Shown in pieces: positions 1-8,517 of a stretch of DNA of 64,000 nt. The first letter of the stretch is position 1. Each line of letters begins with the position of its first letter. Below the pieces are notes generated by a model that did no database searches, had not been told where the DNA came from, and saw only the letters and a list, made by a program, of their open reading frames with translations. The position numbers and the translations under genes are program-made. The DNA is from Phycisphaerae bacterium (lineage in GTDB: Bacteria > Planctomycetota > Phycisphaerae > UBA1845 > Fen-1342), in assembly GCA_963675745.2 (NCBI GenBank), contig CAXXWX010000015.1:128001-192000 (forward strand), written 5' to 3'.

Positions 1-2
1 AC

Positions 3-1097
3 GGATTCGGTGACCCCGTCATCCTCGGCGACGTTTTGACAACCACCATCTCGGGCGTCGCGGTCGGCGAGACGCGGTACTTCCGCGTGGCCGCCACGAA
101 TGACGGCGGTGAATCTATGCCCTCAGAAGTGCTCGCCGTGCGACGACCCACCGAAGGCACCGCCAACGTGCTGATCGTCAACGGGTTTGACCGGCTGAGG
201 CGTCAGATTAACCCGATCCAGACGTTCACGCAGCCGGTGGAGTATGCCGGCGACTGGATCGAGCGTCAGATGTGGCGCGAGGCAAACGCGTTCGACTATG
301 TCGTGGAGCACGCCGAAGCGCTTGCGGCCAACAACTTCGCCTTCGCGATGTGCTCGAATGATGCGGCGATCGCGTCAGCCGTGAACCTGGGCGACTATGA
401 CGTTGTCGTGTGGATTCTGGGCACCGAGAGCACGGAAGATGTGACCTTCACCGCGTTTGAACAGACGCTGGTGTCGGACTTTCTCAATGACGGCGGAGCA
501 CTGTTCGTCACGGGCTCGGAGATCGTGTGGGACCTGGTCGCCAACGGCGCCGGTTCCAGCTTCGCGCAGGATACGCTGCGCGTGGGTTACAGCGGCGACG
601 ATGCCGACAGCTATCTCGTCAGCGGCGCGGCGGGCAGCATTCTGAGCGATATGGGCTCCTTCGACTTCGACCCGGCCAACGGTGCGGCATACGACGCCAC
701 CAGCCCGGACCGGCTCGCGGTTGGCACCGACGCGGTGGCCTGCCTCAACTACCTGGGTGGTTCCGGCGGGGTGGCGGGCGTGCAGTACACCGGCCCGATT
801 TACAACACGGTGGTGTTCGGCTTCCCGTTTGAGACCATCAGTTCACCCACCGTGCGGGCGGATGTCATGCAGCGCGTCGTTGACTTCCTCGAAACCGCGA
901 TCGGCCCACTGCCTTTTGACAAGGACCGCGACAACGACGTCGACTTCACTGACTTTGCCTGGTTCGTTTTCTGCTTCCACGGGCCGGATGACACTTATAC
1001 GGCCGGGCACCTGTGCCACGACCTGGACGGCGATGGCGACGCCGACGTGGATGTCCAGGACTACGCGGCGATGCAGGAAGTGTTTACCGGGCCCTGA
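3..1097 (+). CDS. 5'-truncated secreted protein: Fn3-like segment, alpha/beta domain and C-terminal dockerin-like (EF-hand) repeats
   Basis: Frame is open from base 3 (GFGDPVILGDVLTT...). Fn3-like YFRVAATNDGGES; C-terminal DKDRDNDVDFTDF and DLDGDGDADVDVQDY. Confidence 0.75.
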   Translation, partial: GFGDPVILGDVLTTTISGVAVGETRYFRVAATNDGGESMPSEVLAVRRPTEGTANVLIVNGFDRLRRQINPIQTFTQPVEYAGDWIERQMWREANAFDYVVEHAEALAANNFAFAMCSNDAAIASAVNLGDYDVVVWILGTESTEDVTFTAFEQTLVSDFLNDGGALFVTGSEIVWDLVANGAGSSFAQDTLRVGYSGDDADSYLVSGAAGSILSDMGSFDFDPANGAAYDATSPDRLAVGTDAVACLNYLGGSGGVAGVQYTGPIYNTVVFGFPFETISSPTVRADVMQRVVDFLETAIGPLPFDKDRDNDVDFTDFAWFVFCFHGPDDTYTAGHLCHDLDGDGDADVDVQDYAAMQEVFTGP

Positions 1098-1143
1098 TCA
1101 GCGCCCGGCGTGGGAGCGGTGGTAACGCGCGTCGCCCTCGCGC

Positions 1144-1671
1144 CTATGGACGGATGACGCGCTCGAGTTTCAGCGCTCGCCGCAGGTCGATTATCTGCCC
1201 GGTGTGCACAGCGGCGTGTAGCAGCACGCGCATCACGAGCGCGCGCATCGGTAATTCCGTATTCGCCCACGTGACGGTTTTTTCCAGCGTGGCCGTGTCT
1301 GCCGCGCGCAGGGCGGCCACAATCCGATCGAATGCCGCCTCGAAAATCTCAACGCCGCGCTCCAGCGTGGGAAATACCGTCGGCTCGTCCGCCGGCCGCG
1401 TGTCGTAGGCCACGGACTCGGTGTCAAAGCGCAGGTCGGTGCCGCTGGCGCCATCAGCGGAGATGAAGTCACGTTCGGGCAGGGGCTGACCGTCGATCAT
1501 CTCGGCCGTCCGATTCAGATATAGCGCAATATGCCCCAGGCACCACATCAGGTGATTCGGCAGGTTCTCCGCTTGTCGCGTGCGCGTACTTTCATCGAAG
1601 CCGGCCAGAAACCGCGTCAGAGACTCCTTGGCCGCCAGGGCGGCGTCGGCGAGCAGATCCTGTGCAGTCAT
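1144..1671 (-). CDS. DinB/YfiT-like metal-dependent protein
   Basis: NHLMWCLGHI and LLHAAVHTGQI His motifs of the DinB superfamily; 175 aa. Confidence 0.85.
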   Translation of the reverse strand: MTAQDLLADAALAAKESLTRFLAGFDESTRTRQAENLPNHLMWCLGHIALYLNRTAEMIDGQPLPERDFISADGASGTDLRFDTESVAYDTRPADEPTVFPTLERGVEIFEAAFDRIVAALRAADTATLEKTVTWANTELPMRALVMRVLLHAAVHTGQIIDLRRALKLERVIRP

Positions 1672-1771
1672 GTCATCTCCGTTGGCATGTAGCTCAGTGC
1701 GGGCCGGTCAAACAACACTGGCGACCCCGACATTTCAAGCCCGTAACGCCGTGGCCGGCCATCATGAGGTG

Positions 1772-3262
1772 CTACAGCAGCCCCACGTGCCCGTTAAAGT
1801 CCTCGATCAATCGATCCCACTCGGACACCTGTCCCCAGGTTTCTTCCCAGAAATCCGGATCCCAGAGCCGCCGCAGTTCATCCACATCGCGCTGCTGCTG
1901 CTCCACCCAGGTGAAATACTTGAAGTTGTGCAGCATTTTACGATCGCGATAGTCCAGCTCGCGCATATTGTCGGTGCCGATGCCCTCGATATAACGCGCG
2001 AAATGGTGTGCGGCGTTTGTCTGATCGTAAACGCCATACTCCGCGTGCTGCTCGGCCAGTCGGGATTGGTAGAGCTCGGTGGAATCGGTCAGCGGCGTGA
2101 TGATCACGTCGCGCGCGTCAAACTCGTAGTATCTGGCCGCCTTGATCGCGGCGACCAGGTTGCAGATGCTGGAAATGCCCAGCAGCGGCAGTTGCTCGAC
2201 AACCGCGCGAGCGGCACCCGCGCGCTCGAGAAACTGCCAGCCGGCCTCTTCGTTGAAGAGCCTCAAGAGCTGCATGCATTGCTCGTCGTCCACGGCCACG
2301 ACCATGTCGGTGTTGCGCACGTTGTGAATCCAGGGCACGTGCTTGTCGCCGATCCCCTCGATCCGGTGGCCGCCAAAGCCGCACGACAGTAGTGTCGGGC
2401 ACTGAAGCGCCTCGGTGGCTATGACCCTGAGTTGTGGGTAGCGCGTGCGGAGGAAGTCGCCGGCGGCGATGGTTCCGGCGCTGCCGGTAGCCGAGACGTA
2501 TGCCGCCAGACGCGGCGCGGGCATCTGTTCGCGCTGTGCCGCGGCTACGGCGCGCTGGAAGATCTCGTCGACGATTTGGCCGGTCAGGTGATAGTGCCAG
2601 ATGGCGTTCCCGAATTCGTCGAACTGATTGAAAATCACGCAATCCGAACGTGTGCGGCGGATCTCCCAGCACTTGTCGTAGATTTCCTTGACGTTCGACT
2701 CGCAGCCGGGTGTGGCAATCACCTCCGCGCCGACCGACTTCAGCCACTCGAAGCGTTCGGTGGACATCTCCTCCGGCAGAATCGCCACGGCCGTGCAACC
2801 CAACAGCGCGCAGTCGTACGCCCCGCCGCGACAGTAGTTGCCGGTGCTGGGCCAGACCGCTTTCTGCGTTGTGGGGTCGAACTTGCCCGACACCAGGCGT
2901 GGCACCAGGCAGCCAAACGCCGCCCCGACCTTGTGAGCGCCCGTGGGGAAGTGCTTGCCGACCAGGCCGATGATGCGGGTGGAGGTGCCGGTTATCTCCG
3001 GGGGGAACTCGATCCAGTTGCCGTCGTTGAACCCACCGCCGCGCTCCACCGGCTCGTTCTTCCACGTGATCCGGAAGAGATTCAGCGGATCGACGTCCCA
3101 CAGGCCGACGTTCTTGAGCCGCTCCTTGATCTCGGGCGGTATGGTCGTCGGGTCCATCTGCTGCGCAAACGTGGGGATGATGATGTTCCGCTCGTGGCAG
3201 CGCCGGGCTGTCGCTTTAAGCACGTTCTCGTTGATCTGCATGTTTGTCACCAGGGTAGCCAC
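1772..3262 (-). CDS. PLP-dependent fold-type II enzyme (cysteine synthase/threonine dehydratase-like)
   Basis: PTGAHKVGA (PLP Lys), PSTGNY, SATGSAGT and HRIEGIGD motifs; GGAGA RBS before the GTG start. Confidence 0.85.
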   Translation of the reverse strand: MATLVTNMQINENVLKATARRCHERNIIIPTFAQQMDPTTIPPEIKERLKNVGLWDVDPLNLFRITWKNEPVERGGGFNDGNWIEFPPEITGTSTRIIGLVGKHFPTGAHKVGAAFGCLVPRLVSGKFDPTTQKAVWPSTGNYCRGGAYDCALLGCTAVAILPEEMSTERFEWLKSVGAEVIATPGCESNVKEIYDKCWEIRRTRSDCVIFNQFDEFGNAIWHYHLTGQIVDEIFQRAVAAAQREQMPAPRLAAYVSATGSAGTIAAGDFLRTRYPQLRVIATEALQCPTLLSCGFGGHRIEGIGDKHVPWIHNVRNTDMVVAVDDEQCMQLLRLFNEEAGWQFLERAGAARAVVEQLPLLGISSICNLVAAIKAARYYEFDARDVIITPLTDSTELYQSRLAEQHAEYGVYDQTNAAHHFARYIEGIGTDNMRELDYRDRKMLHNFKYFTWVEQQQRDVDELRRLWDPDFWEETWGQVSEWDRLIEDFNGHVGLL

Positions 3263-3652
3263 CTCTCCAGGATGTCAGCGCCGTTTGCAGCGGCGCGGTC
3301 TCGCGTTCAACGCAGCGCTTCGGCGAACAGTGTAGCGGCCTGCGCCTCGCCGGCCGTGGGATATCGGGAACTCCGTTGTGCGCCGACGGCCGCCGCGGTG
3401 CCTTGGGCACCTTCTGTGTGCCATCGCCGAATCGGCTATACTACCCGCTTGCGAGTTTGATTTGGAGCACCCGCGGCGTCATTTACCGCGAAGTTGACTC
3501 GCAAGCCGGTGCGGCACTTTATACGTAAAGGACGCTGTGCGCACGCACCACGCTTGCGGCCGGCGCCCCCGGGCGTGTTAGCATTGGGGCCGCTACCAAC
3601 GCAATTGCGCGGTCAACCCGCAAGTCATTGAGACTGTAGATGGAGAAGACTG

Positions 3653-4969
3653 ATGGCGATCGTACTCGAGAACGCGCTGCTCGCTGATTTGGACCCGATT
3701 CGTGTCGAACCGGGCGGCTTACGCATCGACGCCGGCAACATCACCGAGCGCGGAGCACGCGTCTCGCAGACGGCGGCCGACGAGGTGATTGACTGCGCCG
3801 GCGCCGTCGTGCATCCCGGGCTGGTTAATGGTCATACGCACCTGTACTCGGCGCTGGCGACCGGCATGCCGGCACCGCCGAAGAGCCCGACCAACTTCCG
3901 GGAAACGCTCCAGTATGTTTGGTGGCGCCTCGATCGGGCGCATGACGCGGACTCGATCGAGTACTCGGCGCGGATCGGTGCGCTCGACGCCCTGCGCTGC
4001 GGAACGACAACGCTGATCGACCATCACGCCTCGCCGAGCCACATCGCCAATTCGCTCGACCTGATTCGTGACGGGCTCGCCGACGCCGGTGTGCGCGGCG
4101 TGCTGTGCTATGAGACGACGGATCGAAACGGCCCGGATGGTGCCGCGGCCGGGCTCGAGGAGAACCGGCGATTCGCCAGTGCTTGTCAGCAACAGCCCGA
4201 CGGCCGTTTCGCCGGACTGATCGGGGCACACGCGTCGTTCACGGTCGGTGACAAGACGCTCGCCGATGTCGCGGGCCTCACGAAGCAGCTTGGCGTTGGC
4301 GTACACGTGCATGTTGCCGAAGATCCTTGCGATGAGGATGACTGCCGGTCGCGCCACCAGGTCGGCCTGAGCGAGCGCTTCGCAAGCAATGGGCTGCTCG
4401 AACCAAACGCCGTGCTCGGGCACGGGACACACCTTGACGATGAGGCTATCAAACGCGTCATCGACGCCGGCCTTTCCATCGCGCATTGCCCGCGCTCCAA
4501 CATGAACAACAGCGTCGGGTATGCGCCGGTCGCGCGCTTCGGCGACATTGTCATGCTCGGCACCGACGGGCACGGCAGCGATATGTTCACCGAGGCGCGC
4601 ATCGCCTGGTTCATCGGGCAGCACGAGAAGGCCGGCCTGACGCCGGACGATGTGCTGCGCATGCTGGCGGCATCTGCCCGGCGGGCGTCGGCATCGCTGG
4701 GCGTGACGCTTGGCAAGCTCGAGCCCGGCGCGGTCGCCGACGTGGTCGTCACGGACTACCGTCCCGCGACGCCGATGACGAGCGCGAATCTGGCGGGCCA
4801 TTTTCTTTGGGGAATGAGCGCGGCCAGCGTCGCGAGCGTGATCACCGGCGGCCGCTGGGCCGTGCGGGACAGGAATGTGCTGACGCGTGATGAAACGGCG
4901 GACCGACGCCGCGCCCTGGAGGTTACCAACGCCTTCTGGGATCGCCTGAGCGGATACGGCTGCGATTGA
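3653..4969 (+). CDS. ssnA: SsnA-like amidohydrolase (putative aminohydrolase)
   Basis: NGHTHLYSALA, WWRLDRA, TTLIDHHASP, GAHASFT, HVHVAE, RSNMNN, LGTDG; lies in an xdh cluster. Confidence 0.85.
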   Translation: MAIVLENALLADLDPIRVEPGGLRIDAGNITERGARVSQTAADEVIDCAGAVVHPGLVNGHTHLYSALATGMPAPPKSPTNFRETLQYVWWRLDRAHDADSIEYSARIGALDALRCGTTTLIDHHASPSHIANSLDLIRDGLADAGVRGVLCYETTDRNGPDGAAAGLEENRRFASACQQQPDGRFAGLIGAHASFTVGDKTLADVAGLTKQLGVGVHVHVAEDPCDEDDCRSRHQVGLSERFASNGLLEPNAVLGHGTHLDDEAIKRVIDAGLSIAHCPRSNMNNSVGYAPVARFGDIVMLGTDGHGSDMFTEARIAWFIGQHEKAGLTPDDVLRMLAASARRASASLGVTLGKLEPGAVADVVVTDYRPATPMTSANLAGHFLWGMSAASVASVITGGRWAVRDRNVLTRDETADRRRALEVTNAFWDRLSGYGCD

Positions 4970-4996
4970 GTCGCGCGTGGCGGCCGACGTCCCCGC

Positions 4997-5040
4997 CGGC
5001 TGGCGGCTGATGTAGCGGCTGGCGGCTAATGTAACGGCCG
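4997..5040. repeat. 19-bp tandem repeat (2 copies plus a partial)
   Basis: cggctggcggctgatgtag / cggctggcggctaatgtaa / cggccg. Confidence 0.75.
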
Positions 5041-5099
5041 GCGCCCCGCCGGCCGGCGCACACCGTAGACGCCACTTCGCGCCGACGGCCTGCGAGGCG

Positions 5100-5167
5100 C
5101 AGGCCGCTACTTGGCGCTGGCCACCACTTGTCGCAGGCCGCTACTTGGCGCGGGCCGCTACTTGTCG
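5100..5167. repeat. 17-bp tandem repeat (4 copies)
   Basis: caggccgctacttggcg / ctggccaccacttgtcg / caggccgctacttggcg / cgggccgctacttgtcg. Confidence 0.85.
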
Positions 5168-5181
5168 TATGACGCGGCTGG

Positions 5182-5790
5182 TCAGGTGAGGTCCGCCAGA
5201 TCCGTGGGGGTATCCACATCATGCGTCACGCCGTGCGCGCGGCGCTCCACCAACCGCACGCGGTCCGCGTGTGCGTGCGGCAGAGCGTTCAAACCACGAT
5301 CACAGGCGCTTGAGCTGACGTACGGCGTGAATCGCGCGGGAAAGATGATCGGATGCCCGCGCCGTCCGCTGCGACTGGCGATGATGATGTGGTCCGGCGC
5401 GAGGCGGAAGGCATCGATGCACGCGTCGAAATCCGCGGTCGCGATTCCCGGCTGATCGCCCGGGCAGATAAGGAAACCATCGTGGTCGCGAATCGCCGCG
5501 CGCTGGCACCACGTGTCCATGCCGAGACGAACCGAGTCGATCATCTCGCTTCCGGGATTGTCGTTGAGCACAGCAAACACTGTCGAGTGCGGCGGCAGCG
5601 CGAGTTGCTCGGCGATTACCGCACGCGTGACCAGCGCGACACCCTCGACGCGCGAAGCGGCGAGCGGCTCGACGACCGCCGCGGCCATCTGACGTCCGCC
5701 GACGTCGATAAGCTGTTTATCCGCGCCCATGCGGCGAGACCAGCCGGCAGCGGGGACAATAGCGAACACGCGCGGCGGGCTCTGGTCCAT
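5182..5790 (-). CDS. mocA: Molybdenum cofactor cytidylyltransferase (MocA-like nucleotidyltransferase)
   Basis: AIVPAAGWSRRMGADKQL, PGDQP, GHPIIF, DVDTPTD; start taken at MDQSPP. Confidence 0.8.
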   Translation of the reverse strand: MDQSPPRVFAIVPAAGWSRRMGADKQLIDVGGRQMAAAVVEPLAASRVEGVALVTRAVIAEQLALPPHSTVFAVLNDNPGSEMIDSVRLGMDTWCQRAAIRDHDGFLICPGDQPGIATADFDACIDAFRLAPDHIIIASRSGRRGHPIIFPARFTPYVSSSACDRGLNALPHAHADRVRLVERRAHGVTHDVDTPTDLADLT

Positions 5791-5824
5791 TGTGCAGTCG
5801 GCTTTCAGCGCGCGGTGGCCGCCG

Positions 5825-7036
5825 TCAATTCGGGATAAGGGTGAGCGCATCCGCCGGGCAGGCGGTTACGCACAGCCGGCAGCCGGGGCACTTCTCCTTG
5901 TCAATCACGGGATAACGCGTCGCCTCGTCGATCGTGATGGCCTGGTGGGCACCATCCCGGCACGCGACATGGCACAGATCGCACTTGACGCAGCGCTCCT
6001 CGATCAAAGATGAGACCATCTTCTGATCACGCGACAACTCGCCGTGGCTCACAATGGCGCCGAGTGCCAGGCCGACGATGTCACAAGGACGGTCGTGTCC
6101 CTTTTCCTCGAGGTAAAACGCCAGCCCGTCTTGCAGGTCATCGACGATGTCGTAGCCGTAGTGCATCACGGCCGTGCAGAACTGGACCGTCGTCGCGCCG
6201 ACCAGCATCATCTCGACGGCGTCGCGCCAGGTGACGGGGCCACCGGTGGCGGTGATGGGGATGTCGACATTCTTGCTGATCTCGGCGAGTGTGCGCAGCG
6301 TGATCGGCTTGGTCGCCGGGCCTGACAGGCCACTGTAGGTGCTGCGGCCCTGCACGTCGGGATAGGGCACGAGCGTGTTCACGTTGACGCCCATCAACGA
6401 TGGAATCGTATTCGCCGCGCAGATGGCATCCGCGCCGCCGCGCTTTACGGCCTGGGCCACGTGTACAATGTTCGTGACCTGGGGGGTAATCTTGATCACG
6501 ACGGGACATCGCTGTGCCGCCTGCTTTACCCATCCGGTGACGCGCTCGGTCGCATCAATGCTCTGTGACAACATCGCGCCGGGCTCCTCACCCATGCTGC
6601 CCTGCGGGCATGAGAAGCTGCACTCGATGATGTCCACGCCGGCGTTTTCGAGGCGTTTGACGAGCGTCTGCCACTCCTCTTTCTTTGAGCCCATGATGCT
6701 GGTCGCGACGACCCGGTCGGGGTATTCGTTTTTCAGCGTCGTCACGCGCTGCTCGACCGCGTCGATGTGGTGCTCGGAGATCAGGTCAATATTGCCAAGC
6801 CCGACAATCCGCCGCCCCTGATGGTGCAGGGCGCTCATCATGGGGTATACGAGGTCAACGCACTCACTCTCGACCGACGTGGTCTTGAGCACGGCGCCGG
6901 CCCAGCCGGCTTCGAATGCGGCCCGGACCATGTCGAGGTCATCCGTGGGCGGGGCGGCGGACAACAGGAACGGGTTGGCAAAGCGCACACCGCAGAAATC
7001 CAGCGACAGGTCGCGCGAATGGGTGATCATTATCAC
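5825..7036 (-). CDS. preA: PreA-like dihydropyrimidine dehydrogenase FMN subunit with C-terminal 2x[4Fe-4S] domain
   Basis: NPFLLSAAPPT, GWAGAVLKT, SCPQG catalytic loop, ANT, YSGLSGPA; CVKCDLCHVAC and CPGCRLCVTACP. Confidence 0.85.
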   Translation of the reverse strand: MIMITHSRDLSLDFCGVRFANPFLLSAAPPTDDLDMVRAAFEAGWAGAVLKTTSVESECVDLVYPMMSALHHQGRRIVGLGNIDLISEHHIDAVEQRVTTLKNEYPDRVVATSIMGSKKEEWQTLVKRLENAGVDIIECSFSCPQGSMGEEPGAMLSQSIDATERVTGWVKQAAQRCPVVIKITPQVTNIVHVAQAVKRGGADAICAANTIPSLMGVNVNTLVPYPDVQGRSTYSGLSGPATKPITLRTLAEISKNVDIPITATGGPVTWRDAVEMMLVGATTVQFCTAVMHYGYDIVDDLQDGLAFYLEEKGHDRPCDIVGLALGAIVSHGELSRDQKMVSSLIEERCVKCDLCHVACRDGAHQAITIDEATRYPVIDKEKCPGCRLCVTACPADALTLIPN

Positions 7037-8358
7037 AATCCTCTGATGTAGGCATCAATGGCCCGTGCGGCGCGCACACCCTCGGCGACCGACGCCACGA
7101 TGGTCGTGCCACCACCGGCGACCGCGTCGCCACCGGCGTATACGCCGGGACGGGATGTCGCGCCTGTTTCGGGATTCACCTGGATAAAGCCGGCCTTGTC
7201 GGTATCGACGCCGGGTAGTGCATCGGCCAAGTCCGGCGCCGGTCGGGCCCCGGTTGCGAAAACCACCATCTCGCCCGGCAGCCAGTATTCCGTGCCGGCG
7301 ATCGGTACCGCGTTTTCCGGAACGAAGCGGTCCGGCACCTGCCAGCGGATGCGCACGGCCCGCAGTCCGGTGACCTTGCCGCCTTCACCCGTTATCTCGA
7401 TCGGCAGCGAGCGCGTGTGGAAGCGGGCGCCCATATCTCGCACCTCGGCGAGCTCGTCTTCGTCCGCGGGCATCTCGTTGGGAGCTTCGAGACACACGAT
7501 ATCGACCTCGTTGGGCGTGCGGTGAAGCACGGTGGTGGCCACGTCCATCGCCACACCGCCGGCGCCCACGACGATCACGTGTGGCGGCAACTCGGGCTCG
7601 GCGCCTTCGCCCAGGTGGCTGGCGGAACAGGCGTTGAGCAGCGGTTTCCACGTGGTGACACCATCGAGGTCAGTGCCGGGGACCGGCGGCAGGTTGGACT
7701 GCTGCGCCCCTACCGCCAGGTAGCAGGCGCGGTATCCCGATGCCAGCAGATCGTCCAGCGTCACGTCGCGTCCGAAGCAGGTCGAGGTCTGTATTTCGGC
7801 GCCCAGCGCTTTGACGTGCTCGACTTCGGCGGCAACGAGCTCGTTCGGGATGCGCTGCGCGGGCACGCCATAGGTGCAAATCCCGCCGGCGCGCGGCGCC
7901 TGCTCAAAGACAACCGGCTTGTGCCCGCGTGATGCCAGCTCGGCCGCCGCGGCAAGTCCCGAAGGTCCGCCGCCGATCACGGCCACTTTCTCGCGGTCTT
8001 CGTCGCCGGCTGGGGCAGTGCTGCGGTCGGACTGGAAATCCGTCACCGCGGCATAGTGCTGTAGCCGGCCGATCGCGATCGGGGTCGTCAGATCGCTGGA
8101 ACGGCAGGCACCAACGCACAGACGCTCCACGGGGCAGGCCAGTCCGCAGATGCCCGCGAGCACGTTCCGCTCCCGGATCAGGTTGATGGCGCGGCGTGGA
8201 TTGTCGAAGCGGATGGCGCGGATGAAGTGCTTGACCGGAACGTGTGCCGGACAAGCGGCTTCGCAGGGTGGATCGTCGCACAACAGACAGCGGGAGGCTT
8301 CCAGCATGGCCTGTGTGTCGGTCAAGGTCGGACCAAATTCGTGGCTTACTTCGGTCAT
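7033..8358 (-). CDS. preT: PreT/GltD-like NAD(P)H-dependent FAD/Fe-S subunit
   Basis: CLLCDDPPCEAACP, CGLACPVERLCVGAC, GGGPSG, YAGGD; stop overlaps the preA GTG start. Confidence 0.85.
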   Translation of the reverse strand: MTEVSHEFGPTLTDTQAMLEASRCLLCDDPPCEAACPAHVPVKHFIRAIRFDNPRRAINLIRERNVLAGICGLACPVERLCVGACRSSDLTTPIAIGRLQHYAAVTDFQSDRSTAPAGDEDREKVAVIGGGPSGLAAAAELASRGHKPVVFEQAPRAGGICTYGVPAQRIPNELVAAEVEHVKALGAEIQTSTCFGRDVTLDDLLASGYRACYLAVGAQQSNLPPVPGTDLDGVTTWKPLLNACSASHLGEGAEPELPPHVIVVGAGGVAMDVATTVLHRTPNEVDIVCLEAPNEMPADEDELAEVRDMGARFHTRSLPIEITGEGGKVTGLRAVRIRWQVPDRFVPENAVPIAGTEYWLPGEMVVFATGARPAPDLADALPGVDTDKAGFIQVNPETGATSRPGVYAGGDAVAGGGTTIVASVAEGVRAARAIDAYIRGL

Positions 8359-8517
8359 ATTCGTCTCGCTGCCTGGATATGCCGCCTTGCGGCCAGAGCC
8401 GCCGATTTTGCGACCAGCATCATAGGCCTAGCGCCGCTACCAAGGCAAGTCCGCTGAGCGGCGCGGCTCCCGTTGCCGCGTCGCCGCGGCTCGGCTTAGA
8501 ATGGCCGCCGACGCCCC

